A stretch of DNA of 64,000 nucleotides from a bacterium (GTDB lineage Bacteria > Bacillota_I > Bacilli_A > RFN20 > CAG-826), in the NCBI GenBank assembly GCA_963593015.1, contig CAVAYV010000015.1:5976-69975 (forward strand), written 5' to 3'. Of the stretch, positions 39,622 to 48,902 are shown one piece after another. Positions within the stretch are counted from its first letter, which is position 1; every line of letters starts with the position of its first letter. The notes under the pieces are model-generated. The model worked only from the letters and a program-made list of their open reading frames with translations. It did not search any database and had not been told where the DNA came from. Position numbers and translations under genes: made by a program.

Positions 39622-40848
39622 CTATATTTCGTAGCTATAAGTCAATGCATCATCTTCGAAGAAAGTGACAGTAATTGTCTTTTTATTGCAATTGGCGACG
39701 GTTTGCCAAACGGAGAGCCATTCTTTACCCTCGTTTTTTAACTGCTCAACACTCTTGGCTCTTTCAGGGGCTTTCATCTTTTCCATTATTGCCAAGATTT
39801 GATCTTTGTATTTTCCGCTCCGGCACATATCCAAGGTGATGGCTCCGCCAAAATCTTCGTACCCTTTGCCGAATCCGCATATTTCGCTGCATGGGTCAAA
39901 TAGGGAATTGTATGGATCCATCATTTGAGTGTACCTGACCTTTTTCATTAAGCTTTGCATATCCGATTCACTATTGACGGAGCCGATACTTTTTTCCAAT
40001 AAGTCGTATCTTCCTAAACCTGCCCCATTTGTGGCTTTGTCTTTATATTCTTCGTTTATGTAAAAATTGCATTGACAGTTCGCATAGTCAGACCAGATGA
40101 GTTTGTTGTCAACAAGCTCGAGAACGCCATAATGCCCGCTTTGATCAGCCATGAAATAGCCGCCACCCCAAGCTTGTGTCTCGGTAATCATCCCGTAAAC
40201 ATTTAAGGTGTTCGCCATCTCTATTGCTTCCGTCACTGTGGCGCATCTTTCACCAAGATATCTGACCAAAGCGGGGAAAGAGAGACTTACTTTTGCGTCA
40301 GGGTTTGTGCAAGTCGATGGTTTGATCCCTGTTGATTCTTGTTGTTCGGGTCGCATGTTGGCCTCGATATAAAGGCCTTTTTCATTCATAACATCCTCTG
40401 TAAAGAACAAAAGAGTCAAGAGCTCATCTTGAGTAACGCCTTTTTCCTTGATTTCGCTGAATGGTTTCCCATCGAATGTGTTATAAGATAATCCGACTGT
40501 TTTGTAAAACCCTTCAACGTTTGTTTTGATGATGTAAGCGGGATTATTGCTGTAATAAAGGTCAAAAGAGCGACCAACGACCATATCACCGCTAGAAAGC
40601 ACTTTTCCAATTCCCGAACAGCCGAATTTTCCAAACATTTCTTTGTTTTTCTTTAGACCTGCTTCGTAATCGATATTGGTGATTGTTGGTAGCTCGACTA
40701 CATAATCGCCGATGACTTTGACTTGCAAATTATTGTTTGACAGACTTGAAGTTGAACTATTTTGATTTGAACTACACCCCATGATTGACGCCATTAAGAT
40801 TGGGCCTACGAGTAAGAATTTTAGTAGTTTCGAAGATTTTTTATTCAT
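39622..40848 (-). CDS. Lipoprotein of the Ntn-hydrolase family (choloylglycine hydrolase / linear amide C-N hydrolase-like)
   Basis: Start taken at MNKKSSKLL…MGCSS, a lipobox, downstream of a TTTACA-16-TAAAAT promoter. An internal FGCSGIG…VVGRSFDL matches the Cys…GRxxD catalytic signature of peptidase C59. Confidence 0.45.
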   Translation of the reverse strand: MNKKSSKLLKFLLVGPILMASIMGCSSNQNSSTSSLSNNNLQVKVIGDYVVELPTITNIDYEAGLKKNKEMFGKFGCSGIGKVLSSGDMVVGRSFDLYYSNNPAYIIKTNVEGFYKTVGLSYNTFDGKPFSEIKEKGVTQDELLTLLFFTEDVMNEKGLYIEANMRPEQQESTGIKPSTCTNPDAKVSLSFPALVRYLGERCATVTEAIEMANTLNVYGMITETQAWGGGYFMADQSGHYGVLELVDNKLIWSDYANCQCNFYINEEYKDKATNGAGLGRYDLLEKSIGSVNSESDMQSLMKKVRYTQMMDPYNSLFDPCSEICGFGKGYEDFGGAITLDMCRSGKYKDQILAIMEKMKAPERAKSVEQLKNEGKEWLSVWQTVANCNKKTITVTFFEDDALTYSYEI

Positions 40849-40924
40849 TTTCAAATTCCTTTTTTCCTGTCGGTATTTTAGTGATTTCATTCAATATGTA
40901 AACATCTCTTACTTGTTTTGGAGT

Positions 40925-40947
40925 AAAAAAAAGAACCGTAACGGTTC
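40925..40947 (-). terminator. Terminator after the TetR gene (GAACCGT-a-ACGGTTC plus T8 on the minus strand)
   Basis: Perfect 7-bp inverted repeat followed by a run of eight T on the coding strand. Confidence 0.6.
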
Positions 40948-40958
40948 TAATTATATTA

Positions 40959-41540
40959 TTAGAAAACCCTTTTAAGGGCTTCTAGCTTTATTGACTTTAT
41001 CCCCATGTTCACTCGGCGATTTAATCCGCCGGCGACGATGTAATAGCATAGACGGGCGACTTCATCTGGATCCCCGTCTCTGACATCCCCATCTTTCATG
41101 CCTTCAGCAATTAGGTCGCGGAATATGTTTTTGTTTTTTGGGCCATAGAAAGCGCTTGGCACGCGAGTCAATTCAAAGTCATTTTGCGCCAAAGTTGCGT
41201 AATAAAGCAAAACATCGTCTTCGCCGTTGTCGATTATTGAAAATATCCTGAAGAATTCATCTAACCCTTTTTTGCCACCAAGTGTTTTCAAATAATTGAA
41301 ATCAATCAAATATTTGCCATTGTCACGAGTAAGGATATCCTGCTCTATTTGCAAGAATATATCTTTTTGGTCTTTGAAATAGTGATAAAAAAGACCATGC
41401 GAGCAATTAGCTTCGCGAGTTATATCATCGACTGCCACGTCTTTAAAGCCGTGCAAGGCAAAAAGCCTTAAAGCAGCCTTGCAGACTTTCTTCTTCCTCT
41501 GCTCTTTGATTATCTCGTTTTGTTCTTTTGTCCTCGGCAT
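40959..41540 (-). CDS. TetR/AcrR family transcriptional regulator
   Basis: N-terminal HTH (…ALRLFALHGFKDVAVDDITREANCSHGLFYHYFKDQKDIF…). Confidence 0.7.
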   Translation of the reverse strand: MPRTKEQNEIIKEQRKKKVCKAALRLFALHGFKDVAVDDITREANCSHGLFYHYFKDQKDIFLQIEQDILTRDNGKYLIDFNYLKTLGGKKGLDEFFRIFSIIDNGEDDVLLYYATLAQNDFELTRVPSAFYGPKNKNIFRDLIAEGMKDGDVRDGDPDEVARLCYYIVAGGLNRRVNMGIKSIKLEALKRVF

Positions 41541-41664
41541 ATTAAAGTTACCCCCAACTTTCGGGTTATTTTAGCACAAGATAATGTCTTAGCAATTACT
41601 ATGAATTTGTCAATTAAACGCGTCTGTATAAAATTATTAATGTAATTAAATATTACAGTATATT

Positions 41665-42627
41665 TTATTCATTTTCTTTGGTTTTATCGGTTTTCTTTAC
41701 TAAAATCCAAACCAAAATAGCTACGACTACAAAGAGAATGCCACCGACAATAAATTGCCATGTCCAATTGTTTGAATTGTCAGCGTATGTCGAACACATA
41801 TCATTGTTTACAAACATTGAGACAACCGACCCCATAACGAAGCCTAGAACAACTTCAAACGTCTTTTGGCGGTGATTTGCCAACAAAGTTTTCATCGCTT
41901 TAGAAACGGCTAAAAACCCAATGATAATTCCGATTAATAAGACAAGAACCAATAAGAGCCTTGCCCCTAAATTGGTGTGATCTTGGATGATTGATGAATA
42001 AAGAATATTTCCGTTTGCGTCTCTTTGAGAAATGAAAATACCAACGATAGGATTATATAATCCGAATATAAATAGCACCATTGAGCCAGATATGCCTGGA
42101 ATTAAGCATGCCACAGCGGCCAAGAACCCTCCTAGTAGCGTCACCGGGTAAACCCATGCCGCTGCAAAAGGATCCATAAAAGCCGAATTAAAATCGAAGA
42201 CATTCCAATTGAAATATGCGCTTAAAAAAGAGAAAACGCCTATTGATGCGGCAATCGCAAAACCAATTACTACTCTTGGATAGCTGAATTTGGTGAACTC
42301 CTCTGATTTAATCTCTTTCAAGATAATAGGGAGGCTACCGACGATAAAACCAGCCAGAACGCTGATAATAATGAATGGAAAATAAGGTCTAGCGACTTTT
42401 TGCCAAAAAATAAGAAGTGCCAAAGCGGTAATCAAACATCCTAAAGCAATTGGCAACAAAACCAAGAACGACTTTTTGAAATTCTTGCGAAGCCCGTCAA
42501 TAGAAACAATGAGCTTGTCGTAAATATCGACAATAATGCCAACCGTGCCAACGCTGACACCAGGGAGTATCCCGAGTCCTAAGCTCGCGCCCCTTCCAAA
42601 ATCTTTAAACCAATCTTTTGCTTTCAT
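41665..42627 (-). CDS. DUF368-family polytopic membrane protein
   Basis: 320 aa with two repeats containing the PG(I/V)S.G motif (GILPGVSVGT…, LIPGISGSMV…). Confidence 0.45.
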   Translation of the reverse strand: MKAKDWFKDFGRGASLGLGILPGVSVGTVGIIVDIYDKLIVSIDGLRKNFKKSFLVLLPIALGCLITALALLIFWQKVARPYFPFIIISVLAGFIVGSLPIILKEIKSEEFTKFSYPRVVIGFAIAASIGVFSFLSAYFNWNVFDFNSAFMDPFAAAWVYPVTLLGGFLAAVACLIPGISGSMVLFIFGLYNPIVGIFISQRDANGNILYSSIIQDHTNLGARLLLVLVLLIGIIIGFLAVSKAMKTLLANHRQKTFEVVLGFVMGSVVSMFVNNDMCSTYADNSNNWTWQFIVGGILFVVVAILVWILVKKTDKTKENE

Positions 42628-42737
42628 AATTACAAATTATATATGGACGCTTTGGCTGTTAGAACAAAAACGTTTCATTGACCATCGGCGATTTCTATTT
42701 TCTAGAAAACAAACATACTTTTGTCTATACTAGGCTG

Positions 42738-43727
42738 ATGAATATTATTTTGCTTTCAGGTGGATCGGGAAGAAGACTTTGGCCATTATCTCATGATGCG
42801 AGAGCCAAACAATTTGTCCCGTTCTTTAAAGATAGGGATGGCCGTTACGAATCAATGATCCAAAGAATGTATCGTTCTTTGAAAAAAATCAGTCCAGACG
42901 CTAATATCGTCATCGCTTCTGGAGTTGACCAGGTTCCGCTGCTAAAAGAACAACTTGGTGAAAATATCGATATTTCAATCGAACCATCTAGGAAGGATAC
43001 CTACCCTGCGATAGTTTTGGCTTGCGCATATTTAAGGGATGTTTTAAAGGTCGACCAAAACGAAACCGTCATTGTTTGCCCTGTTGATCCTTACGTTGAA
43101 GATTCTTATTTTAAAGCCATCAAAGAGCTCAGCGAAATCATCGAAAAAGATGAAGCGAAGATTTCTCTAATCGGGGTAAAACCGACTGAGCCTACTTCCA
43201 AATATGGCTATATTATGCCAAAAGACGAAAAGAAGATTAGCAAAGTCATTGGCTTTAGAGAGAAACCAGATTTCGATAAGGCCAAAGAATATATTCGTCA
43301 AGGTGGATTATGGAATACTGCAATTATGGGATTCCGTTTAAATTACTTGCTTGATAAAGCTGAGAAAAAACTCAATTTCAAAGATTATGATTCGTTTCTG
43401 CAAGGATATTCATTGCTAAACAAATCAAATATTTCTTATGACTTGCTAGAAAAGGAAGAAGATATTCAGGTTTTGACATTTGAAGGCATATGGGATGATT
43501 TGGGGTCTTGGGACACTTTTATTAAATTGATGGATGAAGATACTTATGGACAAGGCGTTATCCGTAATTCCTACAATACAAAAGTCGTTAACGAAACCGA
43601 TATTCCTGTAGTGGTGAATTACATCGACAATGCGAACATAATCATTTCAAAAAATGGAATTTATATCACGCGAAACGATAAATCGGATGACATAAAAGAA
43701 ATTCTTTCTTCTTTAGAAAAGAAATAA
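42738..43727 (+). CDS. Sugar-phosphate nucleotidyltransferase (mannose-1-phosphate guanylyltransferase-like)
   Basis: Start taken at MNIILLSGGSGRRLWPLS…, the nucleotidyltransferase G-loop. The ORF-track start at 42678 adds 20 residues of unlikely leader. Confidence 0.6.
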   Translation: MNIILLSGGSGRRLWPLSHDARAKQFVPFFKDRDGRYESMIQRMYRSLKKISPDANIVIASGVDQVPLLKEQLGENIDISIEPSRKDTYPAIVLACAYLRDVLKVDQNETVIVCPVDPYVEDSYFKAIKELSEIIEKDEAKISLIGVKPTEPTSKYGYIMPKDEKKISKVIGFREKPDFDKAKEYIRQGGLWNTAIMGFRLNYLLDKAEKKLNFKDYDSFLQGYSLLNKSNISYDLLEKEEDIQVLTFEGIWDDLGSWDTFIKLMDEDTYGQGVIRNSYNTKVVNETDIPVVVNYIDNANIIISKNGIYITRNDKSDDIKEILSSLEKK

Positions 43728-43802
43728 AAAATATTTCCAAAGCCAGCGACTTTGAACCTTGCTTCTTTTATTAATAAAAGAATTTGTTAAGATTATTTCA
43801 TT

Positions 43803-44363
43803 ATGAAAAAAGTATTGGTTTTATACACAAGCAACACCGGATCTACCGAAACATACGCCAACGATATTGCTCATGGAGTCGATGGCGATGTCATGCCATT
43901 AAAAAAATTCAGATGGAAGAATATCGATGACTATCAAATAGTGGTCTATGGCGGCTGGGTCAATAACGGCGCCATTCAAGGCATCAATGATTTTTTATAT
44001 GATTATGAAAATCGTTTAGCAAACAAAGATGTTTTGATTTTTAGCTGCGGTATGTCTTTTCCTACTGAAAATGGCCGCAAAGAATTAATCGACAGAAACT
44101 ATTTGAGCCCATACCATGTCCGCTTTTATCAAGTTCGCGGAAGCTTTGATTTCAAGAAACTCAACATCTTTCAAAAAATGATTATGAAATCATCAATCAA
44201 GATGATTGCCAATTCAGCGGATGCTACGCCCGAACAAAAAATGCTTACCACAGTTCTGGATGCTCCTCTTGAATACTATGATAGAGAAAAAGTGGAACGT
44301 ATTCTGACAGTCATTAGAAAACTACAGGATGAGCCTATCGAAACTGAGGTTAGCGAGAAATGA
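43803..44363 (+). CDS. Flavodoxin-family protein
   Basis: MKKVLVLYTSNTGSTE… flavodoxin-like phosphate-binding loop. Confidence 0.55.
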   Translation: MKKVLVLYTSNTGSTETYANDIAHGVDGDVMPLKKFRWKNIDDYQIVVYGGWVNNGAIQGINDFLYDYENRLANKDVLIFSCGMSFPTENGRKELIDRNYLSPYHVRFYQVRGSFDFKKLNIFQKMIMKSSIKMIANSADATPEQKMLTTVLDAPLEYYDREKVERILTVIRKLQDEPIETEVSEK

Positions 44364-44947
44364 AACTATTCGTTGGTTTAGGCAATCCAGGCAAAGAATA
44401 CGAAGGAACCCGGCATAATATGGGCTTTTTAACCTTGGATAAGTTTGCCGATATGGTTGGAGCTAGTTTTGATAGAAGCGGATTCAAAGCGGAATACGGG
44501 GTTGTTAAAAACCCGATTTTCAGAGAACCTATCATCATTGCAAAGCCTCAAACATTTATGAATCTTTCAGGCGAGGCCGTTAAGCCGCTTGCTGATTATT
44601 TTAAAATCGAAGAAAAGGATATAGTCGTTGTCTATGATGAGATGGCCTTAGATCCTGGCACAATCAGATTGAGAAAGAATGGTTCTCACGCTGGTCATAA
44701 TGGCATCAAAAATATCATTGCCCAATTCGGTAATGAGAATATTGCCCGAATCCGCGTAGGCATTGGTGAGCCTCCTTTTAAAAATTCAGTGGATTTTGTT
44801 TTAGGAAAGCCGAAAGGCGAGGAACTTATAGCATTGGAAGATGCCACCGACTTAGCGGCAAAAGCTTTAAGAGATATTGTTTTGCGTGACTTTGATTATG
44901 CAATGAGCATATATAATGGCGCAAAAGGAAAAGGAGAGAAACACTAA
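44360..44947 (+). CDS. pth: Peptidyl-tRNA hydrolase
   Basis: MKLFVGLGNPGKEYEGTRHNMGF… Its ATGA start overlaps the flavodoxin stop. Confidence 0.9.
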   Translation: MKLFVGLGNPGKEYEGTRHNMGFLTLDKFADMVGASFDRSGFKAEYGVVKNPIFREPIIIAKPQTFMNLSGEAVKPLADYFKIEEKDIVVVYDEMALDPGTIRLRKNGSHAGHNGIKNIIAQFGNENIARIRVGIGEPPFKNSVDFVLGKPKGEELIALEDATDLAAKALRDIVLRDFDYAMSIYNGAKGKGEKH

Positions 44948-44979
44948 CGAATAATTTCTTCGACCTATTAAAAGATTAT

Positions 44980-47900
44980 TTGCCTACTCCCCCTCTCCAT
45001 GACAAGAAGGGTCCTTTTGTTACTAATGACACAATCGGAACTGCCTTGCTTGTTGGAGGACTTTTTGCCCAAAAAAAAGACAACTACGCAATTGTCGCGA
45101 ATAATCTTTATAGCGCTCAAAAAATCTATGAGTTTTTGTTGAATTTCTTTTCAGAAGAAGAAGTCGTTTTTTTCCCAGTTGACGAATTGCTTAGAGCGGA
45201 GGCCATCTCATCTAGCAGAGACCTATTGAGCCAACGCCTTTATGCGATGGGCCAATTGTTAAATGATAGCAAGAAGATTTTAGTGACTCATCCTGGTGCT
45301 TTGCTCCGTTATTTGCCAAACCCGAAAATCTTTAAAAAGAGCATTATAAAAATAGAAAAAGGCTGCAAAACCGACTTAGAAAATCTTAAATTTCAGTTAA
45401 CAGAACTCGGATATCGCAGAGTTAATAAGATTGATCAATCTCTGCAATTCGCTTCTAGAGGCGATATTTTAGATATTTATTCTGTTTCAAGCTTAAAACC
45501 TTATCGTGTGGAGTTTTTTGATGATGAAATCGAATCAATTAGAGAATTCGACATTGCCTCTCAAAGCAGTGAGAAAGAAGTGGATTCGATCACGGTTTTG
45601 CCCGCTTCCGACTTCTTGCTTACCGATGGTGAGCTTTCTAGTTTTGTGAATAGAATCAAAGAGCAGATAGAAGAAGAAAAGGCAAAACTCAATTCTACAA
45701 ACGGGGATCTGCTTGAGCAAAATGTTCTGATCGATGTCGAGAACATCGTTTCAAAAAATATAAAGCCAAACCTATATAAATATTATTCTTACGCTTTGAA
45801 CGAGGCGCATTCGATTGTTGAATATTTCAACCCTGTCGATATATTCATTGCCTGCAAAGACGACTTTAGTAACGCGGTTGCTACTTTGAAAGACGAATCT
45901 TATAGATTCTTTAAAGAGCTAGAAGACAATCATCAAATCATCCATGGGCTTTCTAGTTATATGAATGTGGAAGACGCCTTGCCAAATAATAAAATCGTTT
46001 CTTATGGGCAAAAGTTTTTAACAGATTCTAAAGAATTCCAATTAAATGTTTTACCAATCGTTCCTTCTGGGAATGGAATTTCTTCGATTCTTCCGACGCT
46101 TGTTAGTTACTTTAACACCTGCGATAAAGTCATCATTGCTTTAGGGGAGCCTCACCAAAGGGAAACAATCAAAAACATTCTCAAAGATGCAAATTATGAA
46201 TTTGAAGAAATTGAAGGATATTCTTTGCCTAAAGGGAAAATAGGCATTTCCAACGCTTCTTTGAATTTAGGATTTGAAATTCCACTGGCTAAGATTGCTT
46301 ATGTTTCGACTTCGGAATTGTTTGGTAAGCGGGTCAGCGGGTCTCGCTATACGGCAAGATTCAAAAATGCCACAATATTAAAAACTTACGAAGAGCTAAA
46401 GCCTGGTGATTATGTTGTTCACGAATATAATGGGATTGGTCAATTTTTAGGGATAAAGACCTTAGAAAACGATGGGGCTCATCGAGACTATTTGCATATT
46501 GCTTACGCTGGTAATCAGACTCTTTATGTTCCTTTGGAACAATTCCGCTTGGTTAGAAAATATTCCGGAAGAGAAGGAATTGCCCCTCGTCTTTCTAGAC
46601 TTTCTGGAAACGATTGGAAAAAGAAAAAGGCTCATATCGAAGAAAGAGTCAACGAATTGGCGGACCGTTTAATCACTCTTTATGGAACAAGGGCCAAAAT
46701 CCAAGGGTATGCTTTTCCGCCTGATGATGAATTCCAAGAAAAGTTCGAAAATGAGTTCCCCCACGAATTGACCAATGATCAAGCCAAAGCCGTTGCTGAA
46801 GTTAAGGCCGATATGGAAAAGCCTGAAATTATGGACAGGCTTTTATGCGGCGATGTTGGATTCGGCAAAACCGAGGTAGCTTTTAGGGCTTGCTTTAAGG
46901 CTATTAATTCTGGCAAACAAGCCGCGATTTTGTGCCCAACCACCTTATTGGCAAGGCAACATTATGAAGTGGCGTTAGAACGCTTTTCGTCATTTGGCAT
47001 CAGAATTGCATTGTTTTCGCGCTTGGTTCCTGAATCAATTCAAAAAGTAAAGATGAAAGAAGTGAAAGACGGAACAACAAATTTAATCATTGGCACGCAC
47101 CGCCTTTTATCAAAAGAAATCGAATTTAACGATCTTGGGTTACTTGTGATCGACGAAGAGCAACGCTTTGGCGTTGAACAAAAAGAAAGAATTAAAGAAA
47201 TCAAAAATAGCGTTGATGTTCTTTCTTTATCGGCGACCCCGATTCCTCGAACCCTGCAAATGTCATTGGTGGGAATTCGTCCATTAAGTGAAATTAACAG
47301 TGCCCCATCTACGAGAATGCCTATCCAAACCTATGTCACGCCGTATAATTCATCATCAATCTATGAATTAATTTATCGAGAGCTTTCGAGAGAAGGGCAG
47401 GTTTTCTATATCCACAATCACATCGACTCCATTTACCAAAAAGCCGAAGATATCGCTTCTAATATCAAAGAAGCCAAAGTTGGTGTCGTGCATGGAAAAA
47501 TGGAAAAATCCGATATCGAAGAAACAATGGAACGCTTCTACAACAATGAATTAAATGTTTTAGTGGCGACTTCTATTATCGAAAACGGAATCGATGTCCC
47601 TAATGCGAACATGATTATCGTTGAAGATGCCGATCATTTTGGGCTATCGCAACTTTATCAAATCAAAGGAAGAGTCGGTCGTGGCGATAGAATCGCGTAT
47701 GCATATTTGACTTACAAGCCAAATAAAAATATGAATGAAGACGCCCAAAAGCGTCTAGAAGCCATCCAGGAATTCACTGAACTTGGCAGCGGCTATAAGA
47801 TTGCTCAAAGGGATTTGCTGATTCGTGGGGCTGGGGATATGCTAGGTCCTGAGCAAGCTGGTTTTATTGATACGATTGGCCTAGATTTGTATTTGAAGCT

Positions 47901-48414
47901 TTTGAATGAAGCCATCGAAGAAAAGAAAACAGGCGTCAAAAAAGAAGCCCCTAAAGCTAAATCTTTGTTCTCAATCGATGCCTATATACCTTCAAATTAT
48001 GCGATAAATTCCGATAAAATCAGTTTGTACCAAGAACTAGAAGATGCCGATAGCGAAGCAGATGTAAAACTTATCGCTAAGCATATGAAAGATGTGTACG
48101 GGAAGCCTCCAAAGGAAGTCTTGCTTCTTATTCAAAAAAAGAGAATTGACATTGTTGTGGAGAATGAAGAATTTACTTATGTTCGCCAAGAAGGCAATTA
48201 TATAGATATTCTTCTTTCAGAATCATTTTCAAGAATCGATGGTGTCGGAATCGAATTATTCAATGCCTTAACGCCGTTTTTAAAAGAAATATCGGTAAAT
48301 TTCTTAGAGAAAAAACTTCGCATCCGTTTAAAGAAAAACGATGGTTGGATTGATAATTTGGAAAAAATAACCAAAACGATTCACGCGATCGCTTTAAGAC
48401 ACAGTCAGAACTAA
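44980..48414 (+). CDS. mfd: Transcription-repair coupling factor
   Basis: 1144 aa with a UvrB-homology N-terminus, RNAP-interaction domain, superfamily-2 helicase motifs (GDVGFGKTEVA, DEEQRFG) and a TRG motif. The start is the first in-frame start codon, TTG at 44980. The true start is uncertain. Confidence 0.9.
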   Translation: MPTPPLHDKKGPFVTNDTIGTALLVGGLFAQKKDNYAIVANNLYSAQKIYEFLLNFFSEEEVVFFPVDELLRAEAISSSRDLLSQRLYAMGQLLNDSKKILVTHPGALLRYLPNPKIFKKSIIKIEKGCKTDLENLKFQLTELGYRRVNKIDQSLQFASRGDILDIYSVSSLKPYRVEFFDDEIESIREFDIASQSSEKEVDSITVLPASDFLLTDGELSSFVNRIKEQIEEEKAKLNSTNGDLLEQNVLIDVENIVSKNIKPNLYKYYSYALNEAHSIVEYFNPVDIFIACKDDFSNAVATLKDESYRFFKELEDNHQIIHGLSSYMNVEDALPNNKIVSYGQKFLTDSKEFQLNVLPIVPSGNGISSILPTLVSYFNTCDKVIIALGEPHQRETIKNILKDANYEFEEIEGYSLPKGKIGISNASLNLGFEIPLAKIAYVSTSELFGKRVSGSRYTARFKNATILKTYEELKPGDYVVHEYNGIGQFLGIKTLENDGAHRDYLHIAYAGNQTLYVPLEQFRLVRKYSGREGIAPRLSRLSGNDWKKKKAHIEERVNELADRLITLYGTRAKIQGYAFPPDDEFQEKFENEFPHELTNDQAKAVAEVKADMEKPEIMDRLLCGDVGFGKTEVAFRACFKAINSGKQAAILCPTTLLARQHYEVALERFSSFGIRIALFSRLVPESIQKVKMKEVKDGTTNLIIGTHRLLSKEIEFNDLGLLVIDEEQRFGVEQKERIKEIKNSVDVLSLSATPIPRTLQMSLVGIRPLSEINSAPSTRMPIQTYVTPYNSSSIYELIYRELSREGQVFYIHNHIDSIYQKAEDIASNIKEAKVGVVHGKMEKSDIEETMERFYNNELNVLVATSIIENGIDVPNANMIIVEDADHFGLSQLYQIKGRVGRGDRIAYAYLTYKPNKNMNEDAQKRLEAIQEFTELGSGYKIAQRDLLIRGAGDMLGPEQAGFIDTIGLDLYLKLLNEAIEEKKTGVKKEAPKAKSLFSIDAYIPSNYAINSDKISLYQELEDADSEADVKLIAKHMKDVYGKPPKEVLLLIQKKRIDIVVENEEFTYVRQEGNYIDILLSESFSRIDGVGIELFNALTPFLKEISVNFLEKKLRIRLKKNDGWIDNLEKITKTIHAIALRHSQN

Positions 48415-48425
48415 AGGAGTGGAAA

Positions 48426-48695
48426 ATGAGAATTGATAAGTTTTTAAAAGTGTCACGCTTGATCAAAAGAAGGGAGACCGCCAAAGAGCTTTGCGATGAT
48501 GGCGATGTTTTGATTAATGGCAAGATTGCTAAGCCGATGGCTGAAATAAAAGAAGGCGACATCGTCACGTTGATTTTGGGAAAGAAAATCATCAAAGTCA
48601 AAATCAATGAAGTGAGGCCATTTGCCAAAAAAGAGCAAGCTTCTTTGATGACCGAGATCATAGAAGAGGGGTTTGCTAAGGATTCCGAAGAATAG
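48426..48695 (+). CDS. rqcP: S4-domain RNA-binding protein (YabO/Hsp15-like, RqcP)
   Basis: 89 aa, MRIDKFLKVSRLIKRRETAKELCDDGDVLINGKIAKP…, at the conserved position after mfd. Confidence 0.7.
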   Translation: MRIDKFLKVSRLIKRRETAKELCDDGDVLINGKIAKPMAEIKEGDIVTLILGKKIIKVKINEVRPFAKKEQASLMTEIIEEGFAKDSEE

Positions 48696-48802
48696 AATCT
48701 TAGTTACTAGACGATTTAAGCAAATCAATGCCAAAAAGAAATATTCGATAAATAAACGAAAATTAAGCAAATTTAATCTTTCTAGAATGAAGCTAGGAAT
48801 CT

Positions 48803-48829
48803 ATAATTGTAACACCCCTTAAGGGGTGT
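48803..48829 (+). promoter_or_regulatory. TATAAT followed by an 18-bp perfect palindrome ACACCCCTTAAGGGGTGT upstream of ftsH
   Basis: The -10-like hexamer is at 48803-48808. The palindrome spans 48812-48829, and 22 bp with one mismatch if the GTAAC flanks are included. Confidence 0.4.
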
Positions 48830-48902
48830 AACTAACTAAGACCAATAAAAGAAAACCCTGGATTGTTAATAGAGCAGTCACGAAATCGAAGGAGGGGAAA
48901 AT

